A stretch of DNA of 64,000 nucleotides from Candidatus Hermodarchaeota archaeon. GTDB lineage: Archaea; Asgardarchaeota; Lokiarchaeia; Sigyniarchaeales; SOKP01. Positions within the stretch are counted from its first letter, which is position 1; each line of letters begins with the position of its first letter. Under the pieces are notes generated by a model. That model had not been told where the DNA came from, made no database searches, and worked only from the letters and a program-made list of their open reading frames with translations. Shown here in pieces: positions 41,883 through 52,005 of the stretch. The DNA is taken from NCBI GenBank assembly GCA_048885525.1, contig JBHLLP010000002.1, positions 32,001-96,000 on the forward strand, read 5' to 3'. The position numbers and the translations under genes are program-made.

Positions 41883-43627
41883 TTATCAATCACCTTAAAA
41901 ATAGATTTTTCTTTTTGAATTATCAAATTAGATGACTTTAAATCGGGAAGATTAGATGTAATGTCTTTAATTCTCTGTAATTCATCATATTTTTGTTGTC
42001 TCAAGTCATCCCACGAGTAGCATGCACCATTAATAATTTTTGTTTTAATTTTACCCATTGCAAATTTATTGTTTTTTAAATGTGGAGCATCAAAAATCCC
42101 ATATTTTACAAGACGGTTCAAAACATTGGGATTAACATATGGATCTTTTAGTTCTTTCTCATCCTTAGTCAAACATGGGATTAAATTTATTATCCATTTT
42201 GCTTGTTTAATTAATTGTTCTTTTCTTTTTTGTATTTTATTATCAATCAAGTTTAATTTGCTTGAATATATTCTATTTATAACTTGATCTATTATTTTAC
42301 AACTTTCAATTACGTCTTCTGGAAGAGCAGCATGCTGAGCTTCTGAATAACTAACTACATGAATTATATCTGGTTTTATTGCTAATTGAATCATTGTAGT
42401 AGCTGCTAATTGCCCCTTTGCTTTATCTAAATCCAATGGGAAACTGGCTAATCCTGTTCTTACTTGTTTAATTACTGAAAATTCTTTATCTACTAGAGTC
42501 TGTAATAATTCATTATTTGCTAGAATTTTGGCTAAATCCATATCAAGTGAACTTGAAGGTGGTGTATTAAACATATTTTGTGCGATGAAATGTTTTACAC
42601 CTAGCTTTTTAGCTATTATCCCGCATAAATACATATCTGCCACAGATATAACATCTGGAGCGTCTCTTAAACTCCAATGGTGAGAATCGTTAATCTCGAC
42701 AGGAATATTATTGTCACCATGCCATTTAATAGCTTCTAAGTGTTGAATTATTGATTCTTTTAATGTTAAAGGCCCTCTCCCATCCATTTGATTAAACCAA
42801 AAAATTGGGATAGCTGCCCAAGCATTATTAATAGTTTCTCTATATAGTTTCGCTAACTTTATAAAATCACGAGTTCCTGAATAGATTCGTAAAAGAGGAT
42901 AATTTCCTGTTAATCTTGCTCTATGTAAATTTAAAAAGTCTTCCTTAGTTCTAATTGGTACTCCTCCTGCGCCAGATAAATGTTTAACTTGATCCTTAGG
43001 ATGGAAATAATTAGCTTGAGTATTCTGATCTGGAGCGATTGAAATTATATCTAAAACCTCTGCATCTGCAATCTTTTTTATCCCTTTTATGGTTTCTTTC
43101 ATACTTGGTAATCCAAAATGAGCTCTTATTATAGGAAAGGGCTTTTTCCATTTTATACGAGAAATTAATTCCTTAGGGATCTCTACTTCTTCTCCAGAAA
43201 CAGCTAATTCATTTCTTAAAATAGAAATTATTTTATATTTTGACTCTCCACCTATAAAAAATTCATGAAAAATACCAAAATCTTTAGCAATTCTAACTAC
43301 TTCAGGAGTCCCAGCAAAAAATAGTTGTTTAGGTTTGTATTCCGACTTTTCATATTTTTTTTTAAAATTTTGAAGAATTGGTATAACAGTAGAGGGTGTT
43401 AGCCGGTAGCTAAGCCCTAAAATATCTGGTTTCACTCGTTTAATTTTATCAATAATCACAGAATTTGGAACTGCAGGTCCTAAAAAGAAGCATTCAAACC
43501 CCAATTGGGTTGCAATGTTCATAAAATTATAAGATCCTGCTACATGAACGCATTGACCAATACATGCCGTTAAAATCTTTTTGGTTTTTAGCCTTTTGAT
43601 ATTATTATTATTATCTTTCATTATCAT
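41879..43627 (-). CDS. Cobalamin-binding protein (B12 domain plus large C-terminal domain, function unknown)
   Basis: GQCVHVAG (variant of DxHxxG), LGLSYRL, FIGG; about 430 further residues. Confidence 0.75.
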   Translation of the reverse strand: MIMKDNNNNIKRLKTKKILTACIGQCVHVAGSYNFMNIATQLGFECFFLGPAVPNSVIIDKIKRVKPDILGLSYRLTPSTVIPILQNFKKKYEKSEYKPKQLFFAGTPEVVRIAKDFGIFHEFFIGGESKYKIISILRNELAVSGEEVEIPKELISRIKWKKPFPIIRAHFGLPSMKETIKGIKKIADAEVLDIISIAPDQNTQANYFHPKDQVKHLSGAGGVPIRTKEDFLNLHRARLTGNYPLLRIYSGTRDFIKLAKLYRETINNAWAAIPIFWFNQMDGRGPLTLKESIIQHLEAIKWHGDNNIPVEINDSHHWSLRDAPDVISVADMYLCGIIAKKLGVKHFIAQNMFNTPPSSSLDMDLAKILANNELLQTLVDKEFSVIKQVRTGLASFPLDLDKAKGQLAATTMIQLAIKPDIIHVVSYSEAQHAALPEDVIESCKIIDQVINRIYSSKLNLIDNKIQKRKEQLIKQAKWIINLIPCLTKDEKELKDPYVNPNVLNRLVKYGIFDAPHLKNNKFAMGKIKTKIINGACYSWDDLRQQKYDELQRIKDITSNLPDLKSSNLIIQKEKSIFKVIDK

Positions 43628-43722
43628 AAAATTTCCTCCTTATCGGAGTTTTTATAGTAATTATAATTCTTAATCATTCATAAGACAGACTTTGGGGTAT
43701 TCCCTGAGCCAAATGATGAAAA
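43628..43722 (-). promoter_or_regulatory. Candidate structured 5' leader with SD-sequestering hairpin
   Basis: Minus strand CTCC-GATAA-GGAG overlaps the GGAGG SD; upstream GC-richer TTTGG..GGG-AATA-CCC..CAAA. Confidence 0.3.
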
Positions 43723-43975
43723 TTAGAAATAGATATATTTACTAATTTTTGATTGGTTATACAATTAACCATAGTAAACACTATATTATTATAGCAATGT
43801 TTGATATTTAAATATAGTGATTATTTAAATAGATATAAATTTACTTTTTAATTAAATAAATAACCTTTTAAGTAAAAGTATTTGTCTATAAGAGAAGTAA
43901 ATTTATATACTTTTATATATAATATCTATATATAAAAAGAAATTTTTTTATAATATAATCTATTGGTGAAGTGAA

Positions 43976-44200
43976 ATTTCTTCTAGCCAATCACAAAGAA
44001 AATCTACCTTAGAAATAGTAGAAAATATTTATAATGCCTTAGATGATGGGAAATTTCATACAATAAGCGAAATTTCTGAAAAGGCAAAGTCGAACTGGAT
44101 TACAGTAAAAAATCAAGTAGAACTTATTAAAAAAATTCAAGATTTACCTAAAATTGATATAATTCATGCCTCAAAGCAGATATTAGTGAGAAAAGTATAA
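43976..44200 (+). CDS. Small winged-helix/HTH protein absent from ORF track, ATT start
   Basis: 74-codon ORF ISSSQSQRKSTLEIVENIYNALDDGKFHTISEISEKAKSNWITVKNQVELIKKIQDLPKIDIIHASKQILVRKV; GGTGA 6 nt upstream. Confidence 0.75.
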   Translation: MSSSQSQRKSTLEIVENIYNALDDGKFHTISEISEKAKSNWITVKNQVELIKKIQDLPKIDIIHASKQILVRKV

Positions 44201-44312
44201 TTTAGAAAGGATATAAACTTGTATTGTAAGCAGTATCAGAAAAAAATTGTATCTTATACTTACTTTAATGTTAATAAACAAATATTACCCTATTTATCAG
44301 AAATATGAGATA

Positions 44313-44360
44313 AATTATTGTTGAGAAAATTTTTAGTCAATAATTACTGTTGAGAAAATT
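44313..44360. repeat. 19-nt direct repeat, 2 copies, 1 mismatch
   Basis: aattattgttgagaaaatt (44313) and aattactgttgagaaaatt (44342). Confidence 0.6.
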
Positions 44361-44545
44361 AAAAAAGACAAAAAAGAAGAAGCCTAAGTAAAGAAGCTTA
44401 TAGTATTTACAGATAATTACAAATTGTAAAAATTTAAAGGCTCAAATAGAATTTCTGACTAAATCAATAAATCTTCCTAGGAAATATGATATCTCTATAG
44501 AAGGTTTTTTTTAAAAAATCTAAAAAAAAAATATTAAAAATTAAT

Positions 44546-45460
44546 ATGATTGAAAATAAAAATAATAAATCGGCTGAGTCAAATAATAAAGAAAAGTGTT
44601 GTAGAAATCCAAATATTAATATTAGAAATGGGGCAAAGGTATGTTTAAATTGTGGTATGGTAATAGGCGTTGTATTACTACAGAAAGAAAGAAGAGCTTT
44701 CACTTTAGATGAAAGAAGAAAAAGAAAGCGAACTGAAAAAAGGTGGAGAGCTTATGGTCCCAGGACCATTCTTTCAAATGAAATTATAGACAGTAAAGGT
44801 AAAATCATTGATGCTAAAAAAAGATTAAAAATTAAACGTTTATCAAAAATACAAAGATCTTTAACTACAGGAATAGAGAGAAATTTATGGGAAGCTGAGC
44901 CAAAAATGTCATATCTGGTTTCTAAATTAAATATTCCTGATTATGTTTTTAAAACGGCCTGGACAATTTATAAATCTGCTGCGGAAAAGAAATTAACAAT
45001 GGGTAGATCGATTAAAGGATTTATAGCTGCTTCTTTATATGTTGCAATACGAACTTATGAAATTCCTCGGTTATTAGAAGAAATAACTGACGCTCTCTTT
45101 ATCTCTCGAAGAACTGTCATTCGTTCTTTAGGAATATTATTTAGAGAAATATTACCAGATCTTAATCTTAAATATAAACCAATTACACCAGAACAATTAG
45201 TATTTAAATTTGGAAATGAGTTAAAAATACCTATCAAAATACAAAAAAAAGCAGTTAATTTACTAAGATATTCGTCTAATAGAGGGCTTTCTACTAATGG
45301 AAAAGATCCAAAAGGATTTGCAGCTTCAGCTATTTATATGGCGGCAAAATCTACTGATCATCGTAAAACTCAGAGTCAAGTTTCAGATACAGCAAAAATC
45401 ACAGAAGTAACTTTAAGAACTAGAATAAAAGAAATTAAAGAATTATCCCGTTTAAATTAA
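44546..45460 (+). CDS. tfb: Transcription initiation factor IIB (TFB) paralog
   Basis: CC...VCLNCG zinc ribbon, ERRAF, two cyclin repeats (GRSI..AASLY; GKDP.G.AASAIY; TEVTLR.R). Confidence 0.92.
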   Translation: MIENKNNKSAESNNKEKCCRNPNINIRNGAKVCLNCGMVIGVVLLQKERRAFTLDERRKRKRTEKRWRAYGPRTILSNEIIDSKGKIIDAKKRLKIKRLSKIQRSLTTGIERNLWEAEPKMSYLVSKLNIPDYVFKTAWTIYKSAAEKKLTMGRSIKGFIAASLYVAIRTYEIPRLLEEITDALFISRRTVIRSLGILFREILPDLNLKYKPITPEQLVFKFGNELKIPIKIQKKAVNLLRYSSNRGLSTNGKDPKGFAASAIYMAAKSTDHRKTQSQVSDTAKITEVTLRTRIKEIKELSRLN

Positions 45461-45470
45461 GAGTGTATTC

Positions 45471-47525
45471 ATGAATTCGAAAGGGTTATTTTTAGTAAGT
45501 CCTAACATAGGACATCCCAAAATATTGAATATTGATAGTAAATTAACTAAAAAAGACTTTAAAACAGATTTATTAATCATATCTAATATAAAGAATCCAA
45601 AAAAAGTAAAAGAATTCTTAACAGATAATATTAAATTAATACCTATTTTTGACTATAAGTGGAAATTAGAACAACTTCTAAAAAAAAGAGGTTTAAGAAA
45701 AAAAATCAAACGATTATGGAGAAAAATAAAAGCTTTTTTCTCATTTAGAAAAAAGGAAAAACATTTTGAAAGTTCAATAGAAGAATTAGACAAGTTTGGA
45801 GAAAAACAAAAAAGAACAGTAAAAATAAAAAAGAAGGATATAAAGAAAATAAAGCCTCGCGCTTTTAGGGGAATCCCAATAATTACTAAAATCATAAATA
45901 TAATATCAACAACCTCAATAAAGATCAATAACTCAAAATATATTGATGATCAATATTGTAGACCTCAGAATTATTTAAGAAAATTAGACGTTTTTGATAA
46001 TTTGGATTATTTCTTTAAAATTACTTTAGAATTTAAAATAACTGATGAGATTTTAAAATTTTTGTCAACCAAAAAGTTCGTAATGTTTGACATTTTAGTT
46101 GAAGATATAAATTTGGACAAAGAAATAAATTATCACGCTATTGTAATTTCAAAAAACGATTGGACAAATATCAATATCATACAAGCAACTGATTTACATA
46201 TAGCTAAAAGAAATGATGAAATATTTGATAAAATAAATAAAATGTATCGAAATCTTAGAAGTAAAAATATTAAAAAAATAAATCAAATAGAAACTAATCA
46301 ACTAAACTCAAAAGATAAAGGTGATATTAGAAAATCTCTTTTTAAAATTGATCTCTCATTTAAAAAGAGACTGATTAATCCAAACAATCTTTTTAGAAAA
46401 TTTATTGAGATTGTAAATAAGAAAGTAACCAAAAATGAAATTGACTTTATAATTATTACAGGAGATATTGTAGATTTTACTAATATTAGTAAAACACCAG
46501 AAAATAAAAATAAAATTTTTAGGTATAAAAAGAGTAATTGGAAAGTCTTCAAAATAATTGTCTTGAATATAAATCAGACTAATACTAAGGGTGTTAAAAG
46601 ATCAACGGAAATATTATGTCCAATCTTTACCATTCCCGGCAATCATGATTATCGCCCTTGGCAGTATGATTTAAATTGGGGAGGAATTTATAAAAAAATA
46701 GGGCTTAAAAAAATTGAAGCTCAAGCATTAAAAGATGAATATTCAGCTTCTCCAATCAAAGCTATTTTAAAAAGTGAAAATGCATTAAAAGGATATTTGT
46801 CCGAAATAAATGCTTCACTAAATTACTATTTAAAATTAGAAAATTCTGTGTTTATTTTTTTAAATACTGGGGCGGATTCCTATAAAAAAATAACAGATTT
46901 TATATCAGGAAGCCCTTCTCTAACAGGTCTTACTCACAGGCAAATAGAATTTTTAAATAATATTATTGAATATAAGCACAATAAAAAATCTCAAATTTTT
47001 CTTTGTTTGCATGCACCTCCTATAAATACAAGAGAGAAACGAGGTATATTAAGCCGAATAAAGAAAAAATTTAAAAAAATGATGAGAATACATTTAGATC
47101 AGTTCAAAGAATCTAAATTTGCAAGTCTAAAAAGGAAAAGAGAAAAAGCCAGAATTGATAATAAATTTAATATAACATATGGAACGATTTCTTCTAATTG
47201 GGAGAAATTGATTGATTTTTGTATCAAATATTGTATTCTAACTATCTCAGGTCATACACACATGTTAAATGAATATAGATTGAAAAAATCTTTACAAAAT
47301 AGCTCTAATGATAAGGAAGTGAAAAATTCATCTTTTTCAGTATTTTATGATGATTATTCTGAGATTTGTAAAAACATAAAGGATATTCAAAAATATAGTC
47401 CCTTTATAGTTCAAACTCCTGCGCTAGGATTAAAATCCTTTAAAAGACTTAAGAAAGCAGGAGCATATCGAGAAATAATAATAAAAAATGGAAAATTAGA
47501 TTCATTTCAAGTTAAATATCTATAA
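45471..47525 (+). CDS. Large calcineurin-like metallophosphoesterase
   Basis: TDLH, TGDIVD, PGNHD, LHAPP, SGHTH; very Lys-rich insertions. Confidence 0.85.
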   Translation: MNSKGLFLVSPNIGHPKILNIDSKLTKKDFKTDLLIISNIKNPKKVKEFLTDNIKLIPIFDYKWKLEQLLKKRGLRKKIKRLWRKIKAFFSFRKKEKHFESSIEELDKFGEKQKRTVKIKKKDIKKIKPRAFRGIPIITKIINIISTTSIKINNSKYIDDQYCRPQNYLRKLDVFDNLDYFFKITLEFKITDEILKFLSTKKFVMFDILVEDINLDKEINYHAIVISKNDWTNINIIQATDLHIAKRNDEIFDKINKMYRNLRSKNIKKINQIETNQLNSKDKGDIRKSLFKIDLSFKKRLINPNNLFRKFIEIVNKKVTKNEIDFIIITGDIVDFTNISKTPENKNKIFRYKKSNWKVFKIIVLNINQTNTKGVKRSTEILCPIFTIPGNHDYRPWQYDLNWGGIYKKIGLKKIEAQALKDEYSASPIKAILKSENALKGYLSEINASLNYYLKLENSVFIFLNTGADSYKKITDFISGSPSLTGLTHRQIEFLNNIIEYKHNKKSQIFLCLHAPPINTREKRGILSRIKKKFKKMMRIHLDQFKESKFASLKRKREKARIDNKFNITYGTISSNWEKLIDFCIKYCILTISGHTHMLNEYRLKKSLQNSSNDKEVKNSSFSVFYDDYSEICKNIKDIQKYSPFIVQTPALGLKSFKRLKKAGAYREIIIKNGKLDSFQVKYL

Positions 47526-47552
47526 ATAGTTTATTCATGACATAAAAAAGCA

Positions 47553-47888
47553 GTGGAGGTGAAAACTAAAATAAAAGATGAGAAAATATGTCAGATATGT
47601 AGCTTTCCAAAAGAATTATGTATCTGTGAAAAATTAGGAGCCGAGGATCAACAAATAGAAATTTATAATGAAAAAAGAAGATGGGGGAAAAAAGTGACCA
47701 TTGCTAAGTTTAATGGTAACTTTAATATTGATTTAGATAATCTTATTACTAGAGCAAAGAAAAAGTGCGCTTCTGGTGGAACATATGGAGACAATTATAT
47801 TGAAGTACAAGGAGATCATCGTTTTAGATTAAAAAAATTTCTAATTAATGAAGGTTTCCCTAAAGAAAAAATTTTAATTGAAGATTAA
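47553..47888 (+). CDS. sui1: Translation initiation factor aIF1 (SUI1)
   Basis: CQICSFPKELCICE zinc knuckle, RRWGKKVT, GGT, IEVQGDHR; start GTG 47553/47559 or ATA 47571. Confidence 0.92.
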   Translation: MEVKTKIKDEKICQICSFPKELCICEKLGAEDQQIEIYNEKRRWGKKVTIAKFNGNFNIDLDNLITRAKKKCASGGTYGDNYIEVQGDHRFRLKKFLINEGFPKEKILIED

Positions 47889-48065
47889 AATTGTGAATGA
47901 TGCATTAATTGGTTTAAAGCTATAGATGATTTTAGAGAATTTATAATAGATCTGGATTATATCTTTATTATTATAGAGATTTAAAAGCCTCTCTTTTGAA
48001 ATCAAAAAAAATATAAAAAATCAATAAATCACTTGAAAATTAATGATATTCTTCTTAATCCTATC

Positions 48066-48545
48066 TTATTTTTCCTTTAGAAAAAACATTTTTCTCTTGG
48101 AATGAACTGCTTCAAAAGATTCTTTATAAATTTTGATGTCTTCATGTATTTCTTCTAATTCTTCATTTTTCAGCATATTATCAAAAATTCTTTTTGTTGA
48201 GAGGTATAATTTAGGAACAAATGTATCTATTTGAGATAATTGGTAAGCTAGTTCTTTTATTGAAGAAAAATCTAATTTCAAATTAATTTCTTTCCTTTTA
48301 ATTCTTTCAATAATTTTCTTCTCCAATTTTCTTCGTGAAATATTACTCCATGTTATTTCATACACGAAATAATTGACAGACTGAACTGCTTCAGTTAAAA
48401 GGGCGGTTCCTGTTGCTATAAAAATGCTTCCCGTAATCAAATATGCTGTTAAAGTCCCTAATGCTAGCGTTAATGATCTATAAATTATACTTTTAACAAT
48501 ACTTTGTTTCCACTCTATTTTCGACAATTTTTTTTTTAATGTCAT
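48066..48545 (-). CDS. DUF2061-like membrane domain plus helical C-terminal domain
   Basis: SIVKSIIYR...AYLITG...YFVYE.TW. Confidence 0.65.
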   Translation of the reverse strand: MTLKKKLSKIEWKQSIVKSIIYRSLTLALGTLTAYLITGSIFIATGTALLTEAVQSVNYFVYEITWSNISRRKLEKKIIERIKRKEINLKLDFSSIKELAYQLSQIDTFVPKLYLSTKRIFDNMLKNEELEEIHEDIKIYKESFEAVHSKRKMFFLKEK

Positions 48546-48681
48546 CTCAAAGTTTTTATAATTCCTATTTTATAAGAATTTCAGTTAATATATTTAATAA
48601 TTTTTTTCTTAATTAATCAATAATGAATATTCTCCAAATTGTCTTTTTGAAAAAAAAGTTTCTTTAAAAAAAAATGAAGCA

Positions 48682-49344
48682 CTAGTCATATTCTAAAGAT
48701 TTATAACAAAACCACCAATCATAGCACCTATATTCCTTAGATCTTTGTTCTGCTGTTTCTTCATCTGTGGGGGGTGGTATTATAACTTGTTGACTAATTA
48801 ATTCATTATTTGGCCAATTTGCAGGAATTGCAACCTTCTCTTGATCTGCATTTTTCAGGGCTTTAATTATTCTAATAATTTCATCTATATTTCGACCAAG
48901 TTCTTGTGGATAAAAGAGAATTACTCTTATTACTGTCTTTGGATCAACAATAAAGACAGCTCTAACAGTATTAGGTCCTTTACCAAGATGGATCATGCCC
49001 AGTCTTTTAGCAATATTACCATTATCAGCAATTATTGGAAATGGTATTTTTACTCCTAATTTTTCGGCAATCCATTCTATCCATTTTAAATGTGAAAAAA
49101 CCTGATCTATGGAAAGTCCTACTAATTCACATTCTAATTTTTGGAATTCTTCATATCGCTTTGCAAAAGCTACATATTCAGTTGTACACACAGGTGTAAA
49201 ATCTGCAGGATGACTAAAAAATACAAACCATTGTCGTTTAAAATCTTTTGGAATTTCTTTTTTACCGTGAGTTGTTATTACTTCCATCTCTGGAAATTTA
49301 TCACCAATTAATGGAAATGAATTAGAATTTTTAGAGTTATTCAT
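48682..49344 (-). CDS. Peroxiredoxin (archaeal Prx6/TDXH type)
   Basis: [28 protein letters not shown]-terminal CYDWWFC. Confidence 0.95.
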   Translation of the reverse strand: MNNSKNSNSFPLIGDKFPEMEVITTHGKKEIPKDFKRQWFVFFSHPADFTPVCTTEYVAFAKRYEEFQKLECELVGLSIDQVFSHLKWIEWIAEKLGVKIPFPIIADNGNIAKRLGMIHLGKGPNTVRAVFIVDPKTVIRVILFYPQELGRNIDEIIRIIKALKNADQEKVAIPANWPNNELISQQVIIPPPTDEETAEQRSKEYRCYDWWFCYKSLEYD

Positions 49345-50023
49345 ATAATTTCACCTCAGATATTTTTTTTATTATATCTTATTATATTCTTTTTAATTAG
49401 ATATCAAATTTTAATCGATAATCTTATGGTTTTGATATTTTTTTGTTTATGTAATCTATTATTATCAAATTTTTGGGTTCTAATTTCATTTTTCCTATAT
49501 CTTTTGATATCTCATTTAAAACATTCTTTTTATTAGAACGATCTTTTATCCTTGAGATTATTTTAATTTTTAATTCTTTGTTCCTCTTAAACCTTAAATT
49601 ATTTTTCTTGGTTTGTTCTAATTTTCTAATATTTCCTGATTTTAAGTATTTTTTATTATTTTTTTCATTGCTATGTGTCAAATTTTTCATCTGTTTATTA
49701 TATTCTATTAATTCTATTATTAAATTTAACTATTACTTAATTTTCTCTGAAGTAATTTAAAATAATAATTTGAGTCTTATAGGATAATTGATTTGGTTAG
49801 TTTTTATAAACTATATATCTAAGGATTAATTTTAGATTTCCTAAGTTAATAAATTTCAAACCATTTTTATATATTTTCTTAAAAAATACATACCTTTTAA
49901 TTTTTTTGTTTTAAAAAGATAAAAATTAAAATTATTTTATTGTATAGACATTATTAGAGTAATTATTTTATAATTTAAGGTTATTCCTATGCTCTCTTTT
50001 AAGTTTCAAATTACATAATAGAT

Positions 50024-51043
50024 TCAATTTTTATCTTTTTCTAATATTGATTCATAAACCTTAATGTAATCATCAACCATTCTTTCAACAGAAAACTTTT
50101 TTTCAACCCATCTTCGACATTCTGAGCGATCAATAAGATCAATTTTTTTTAATGCATTAATTGCTTCTTCATGAGAATTGACTAAAAAGCCAGTTTTTCC
50201 ATTTACAATTACTTCAGCCATACTACCTTTGTTAAAAGATATTACGGGTGTTCCACAAGCCATTGCCTCTACAACTGACAATCCAAATGCCTCAGGAATA
50301 TTAATAGGGTTTAATAATGCATAAGCTCCTCCTAATAACTCATCTCTTTTCTTTGGATCAGCAATACCAACATACTTGACTAATTCATCATCAAGGAAAG
50401 GTTCAATATTTCTTTTAAAATAATCCTTATCTTGAATAATTCCTGCTAAGATTAATTTCATTTCAACTTTAAGAGCCATTTCAATAGCTTCTTTAGCACC
50501 TTTATCATGATGTAAACGACCAAAAAATATTAGATAATCTTTTGGATTAGATTTAAAAGTAAATTGGTTCAAATCTATACCATGATATACCGTAGCTATA
50601 TAATTTAATTCTGGAATTCTAGCAGCATTACTTATAGAAACGTAATAACTCTGATTATTGTATTTCTTATACACAGGTAAAATTTTGGGAGATGAGATAC
50701 CATGAATTGTTGTTACCACAGGAGTGGATGTCATTTTTATATATGTTAATGGTAAAAAATCAAAATGGTTATGAATAATATCAAAATCATCTCCTCTTTC
50801 GAACAATTCAGATATATGTAAACATTCCCATACTTTTGGAATTATTTGATTATCTTCTTCATAACCATGTTCACAAACACCAACAAGATTTGCTTTAGTA
50901 ATGGAATTTTTTGTAGCAAATAAAGTGACATCAATCCCTTTCTTTATAAGTCCTTCTGTCAATAAAGAGACTATATATTCCCATGGTCCATAAGAGCGAG
51001 GAGGAGTACGCCATGCGATTGGTGAGAGTATTGCTACGTGTAT
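50024..51043 (-). CDS. GT4 glycosyltransferase, probable ATA start
   Basis: EAFGLSVVEAMACGTP; family N-terminus HVAILSPIAWRTPPRSYGPWE lies upstream of the track TTG and begins at ATA 51043. Confidence 0.9.
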   Translation of the reverse strand: MHVAILSPIAWRTPPRSYGPWEYIVSLLTEGLIKKGIDVTLFATKNSITKANLVGVCEHGYEEDNQIIPKVWECLHISELFERGDDFDIIHNHFDFLPLTYIKMTSTPVVTTIHGISSPKILPVYKKYNNQSYYVSISNAARIPELNYIATVYHGIDLNQFTFKSNPKDYLIFFGRLHHDKGAKEAIEMALKVEMKLILAGIIQDKDYFKRNIEPFLDDELVKYVGIADPKKRDELLGGAYALLNPINIPEAFGLSVVEAMACGTPVISFNKGSMAEVIVNGKTGFLVNSHEEAINALKKIDLIDRSECRRWVEKKFSVERMVDDYIKVYESILEKDKN

Positions 51044-51045
51044 TA

Positions 51046-52005
51046 TTAGTCACCTAATACAAAATTTTGCTTTTCAAGCCATTTAAGAATTTCTGAAAGA
51101 CTTGCGGTTGCCAAAGCTATAGAACTATCAGCACATCCATAATAAAGTAGGATATCATCATTTTCTTGAATCCAGCCACATGGAAAAACAACTTTATCAA
51201 CATCACCAAAGATTTCATACGATTCTTTTGGAGAAAAGACCCACTCATCAGATCGTGCGATTACTTTGCAGGGATCTTTTAGATCTAAAAGTCCAAGTCC
51301 TAAGCGATAAATGATACCACTAGCGGTTGTTTTAACTCCATGGTAAAGTATTAACCATCCAGAATCAGTTTTCAATGGAGGGGGAGATAAACCAATTTTA
51401 TTTGCATCCCACCAACTTCCATCTCTAGCGGGAATAAGAAGTTTGTGATCACCCCAATGTTTAAGATCCGGTGAAAAAGCAATCCATATATGGGCACCAG
51501 TTCCTGACATTTTAGCAACGGGTCTATGAAGTATTGCCCATCGATTATTAAACTGAATTGGAAATATAGCAGCATCCTTGTTCTCTGGTGGCATAATAAC
51601 CCCATAACGATTAAAATGCTTGAAATCTTTGGTACATGCTAATGAAACTAAAGGTCCAGCTTTAGAATAGGCAGTATAGATAATAACCCATAAATTTTTT
51701 TCTTCCAAGAATGTAATTCTAGGATCTTCAATACCCCATATTTCTTCTGGATAAGTCTTAGGATTTGGTGTCATAGTAGGTTGGGTATCAATATGCCAAT
51801 TACTTATTCCATCTTTACTACGAGCTAAAGTAAAATGGGAAATTCCTCTTTTATCTTCTACTCTCATTAGAAGTATAATTTCATTATGAAATTTAATTGC
51901 ACCTGCATTGAAAACTGTATTCGCAAGATAAGGCAAATCTTTTATTGAAATAATTGGATTGGCTGGATGCCGCTTAAAAAGCTCATTAAAATTTGATTTT
52001 ACGAT
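51046..52005 (-). CDS. GH130-like (DUF377) glycosidase/phosphorylase, probable ATC start
   Basis: VFNAGA, GIEDPRIT, NKDAAIFP, LHRP, LYHGV, VVFPCG; LFKRHPANPI lies upstream of the track TTG. Confidence 0.88.
   Translation of the reverse strand: MVKSNFNELFKRHPANPIISIKDLPYLANTVFNAGAIKFHNEIILLMRVEDKRGISHFTLARSKDGISNWHIDTQPTMTPNPKTYPEEIWGIEDPRITFLEEKNLWVIIYTAYSKAGPLVSLACTKDFKHFNRYGVIMPPENKDAAIFPIQFNNRWAILHRPVAKMSGTGAHIWIAFSPDLKHWGDHKLLIPARDGSWWDANKIGLSPPPLKTDSGWLILYHGVKTTASGIIYRLGLGLLDLKDPCKVIARSDEWVFSPKESYEIFGDVDKVVFPCGWIQENDDILLYYGCADSSIALATASLSEILKWLEKQNFVLGD

Noticed and set aside
43680-43760. Complete C/D box sRNA
   Set aside because: CTGA and ATGATGA are present, but no terminal C box upstream or D box downstream at guide spacing.
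44219-44308. 29-codon TTG ORF between the HTH gene and tfb
   Set aside because: Too short, with no recognisable motif.
49424-49760. Overlapping ORFs 49424..49690 (-) and 49473..49760 (+)
   Set aside because: K/N- or F/L/I-rich low-complexity translations of AT-rich DNA with no motif; the minus one could be real but cannot be supported.
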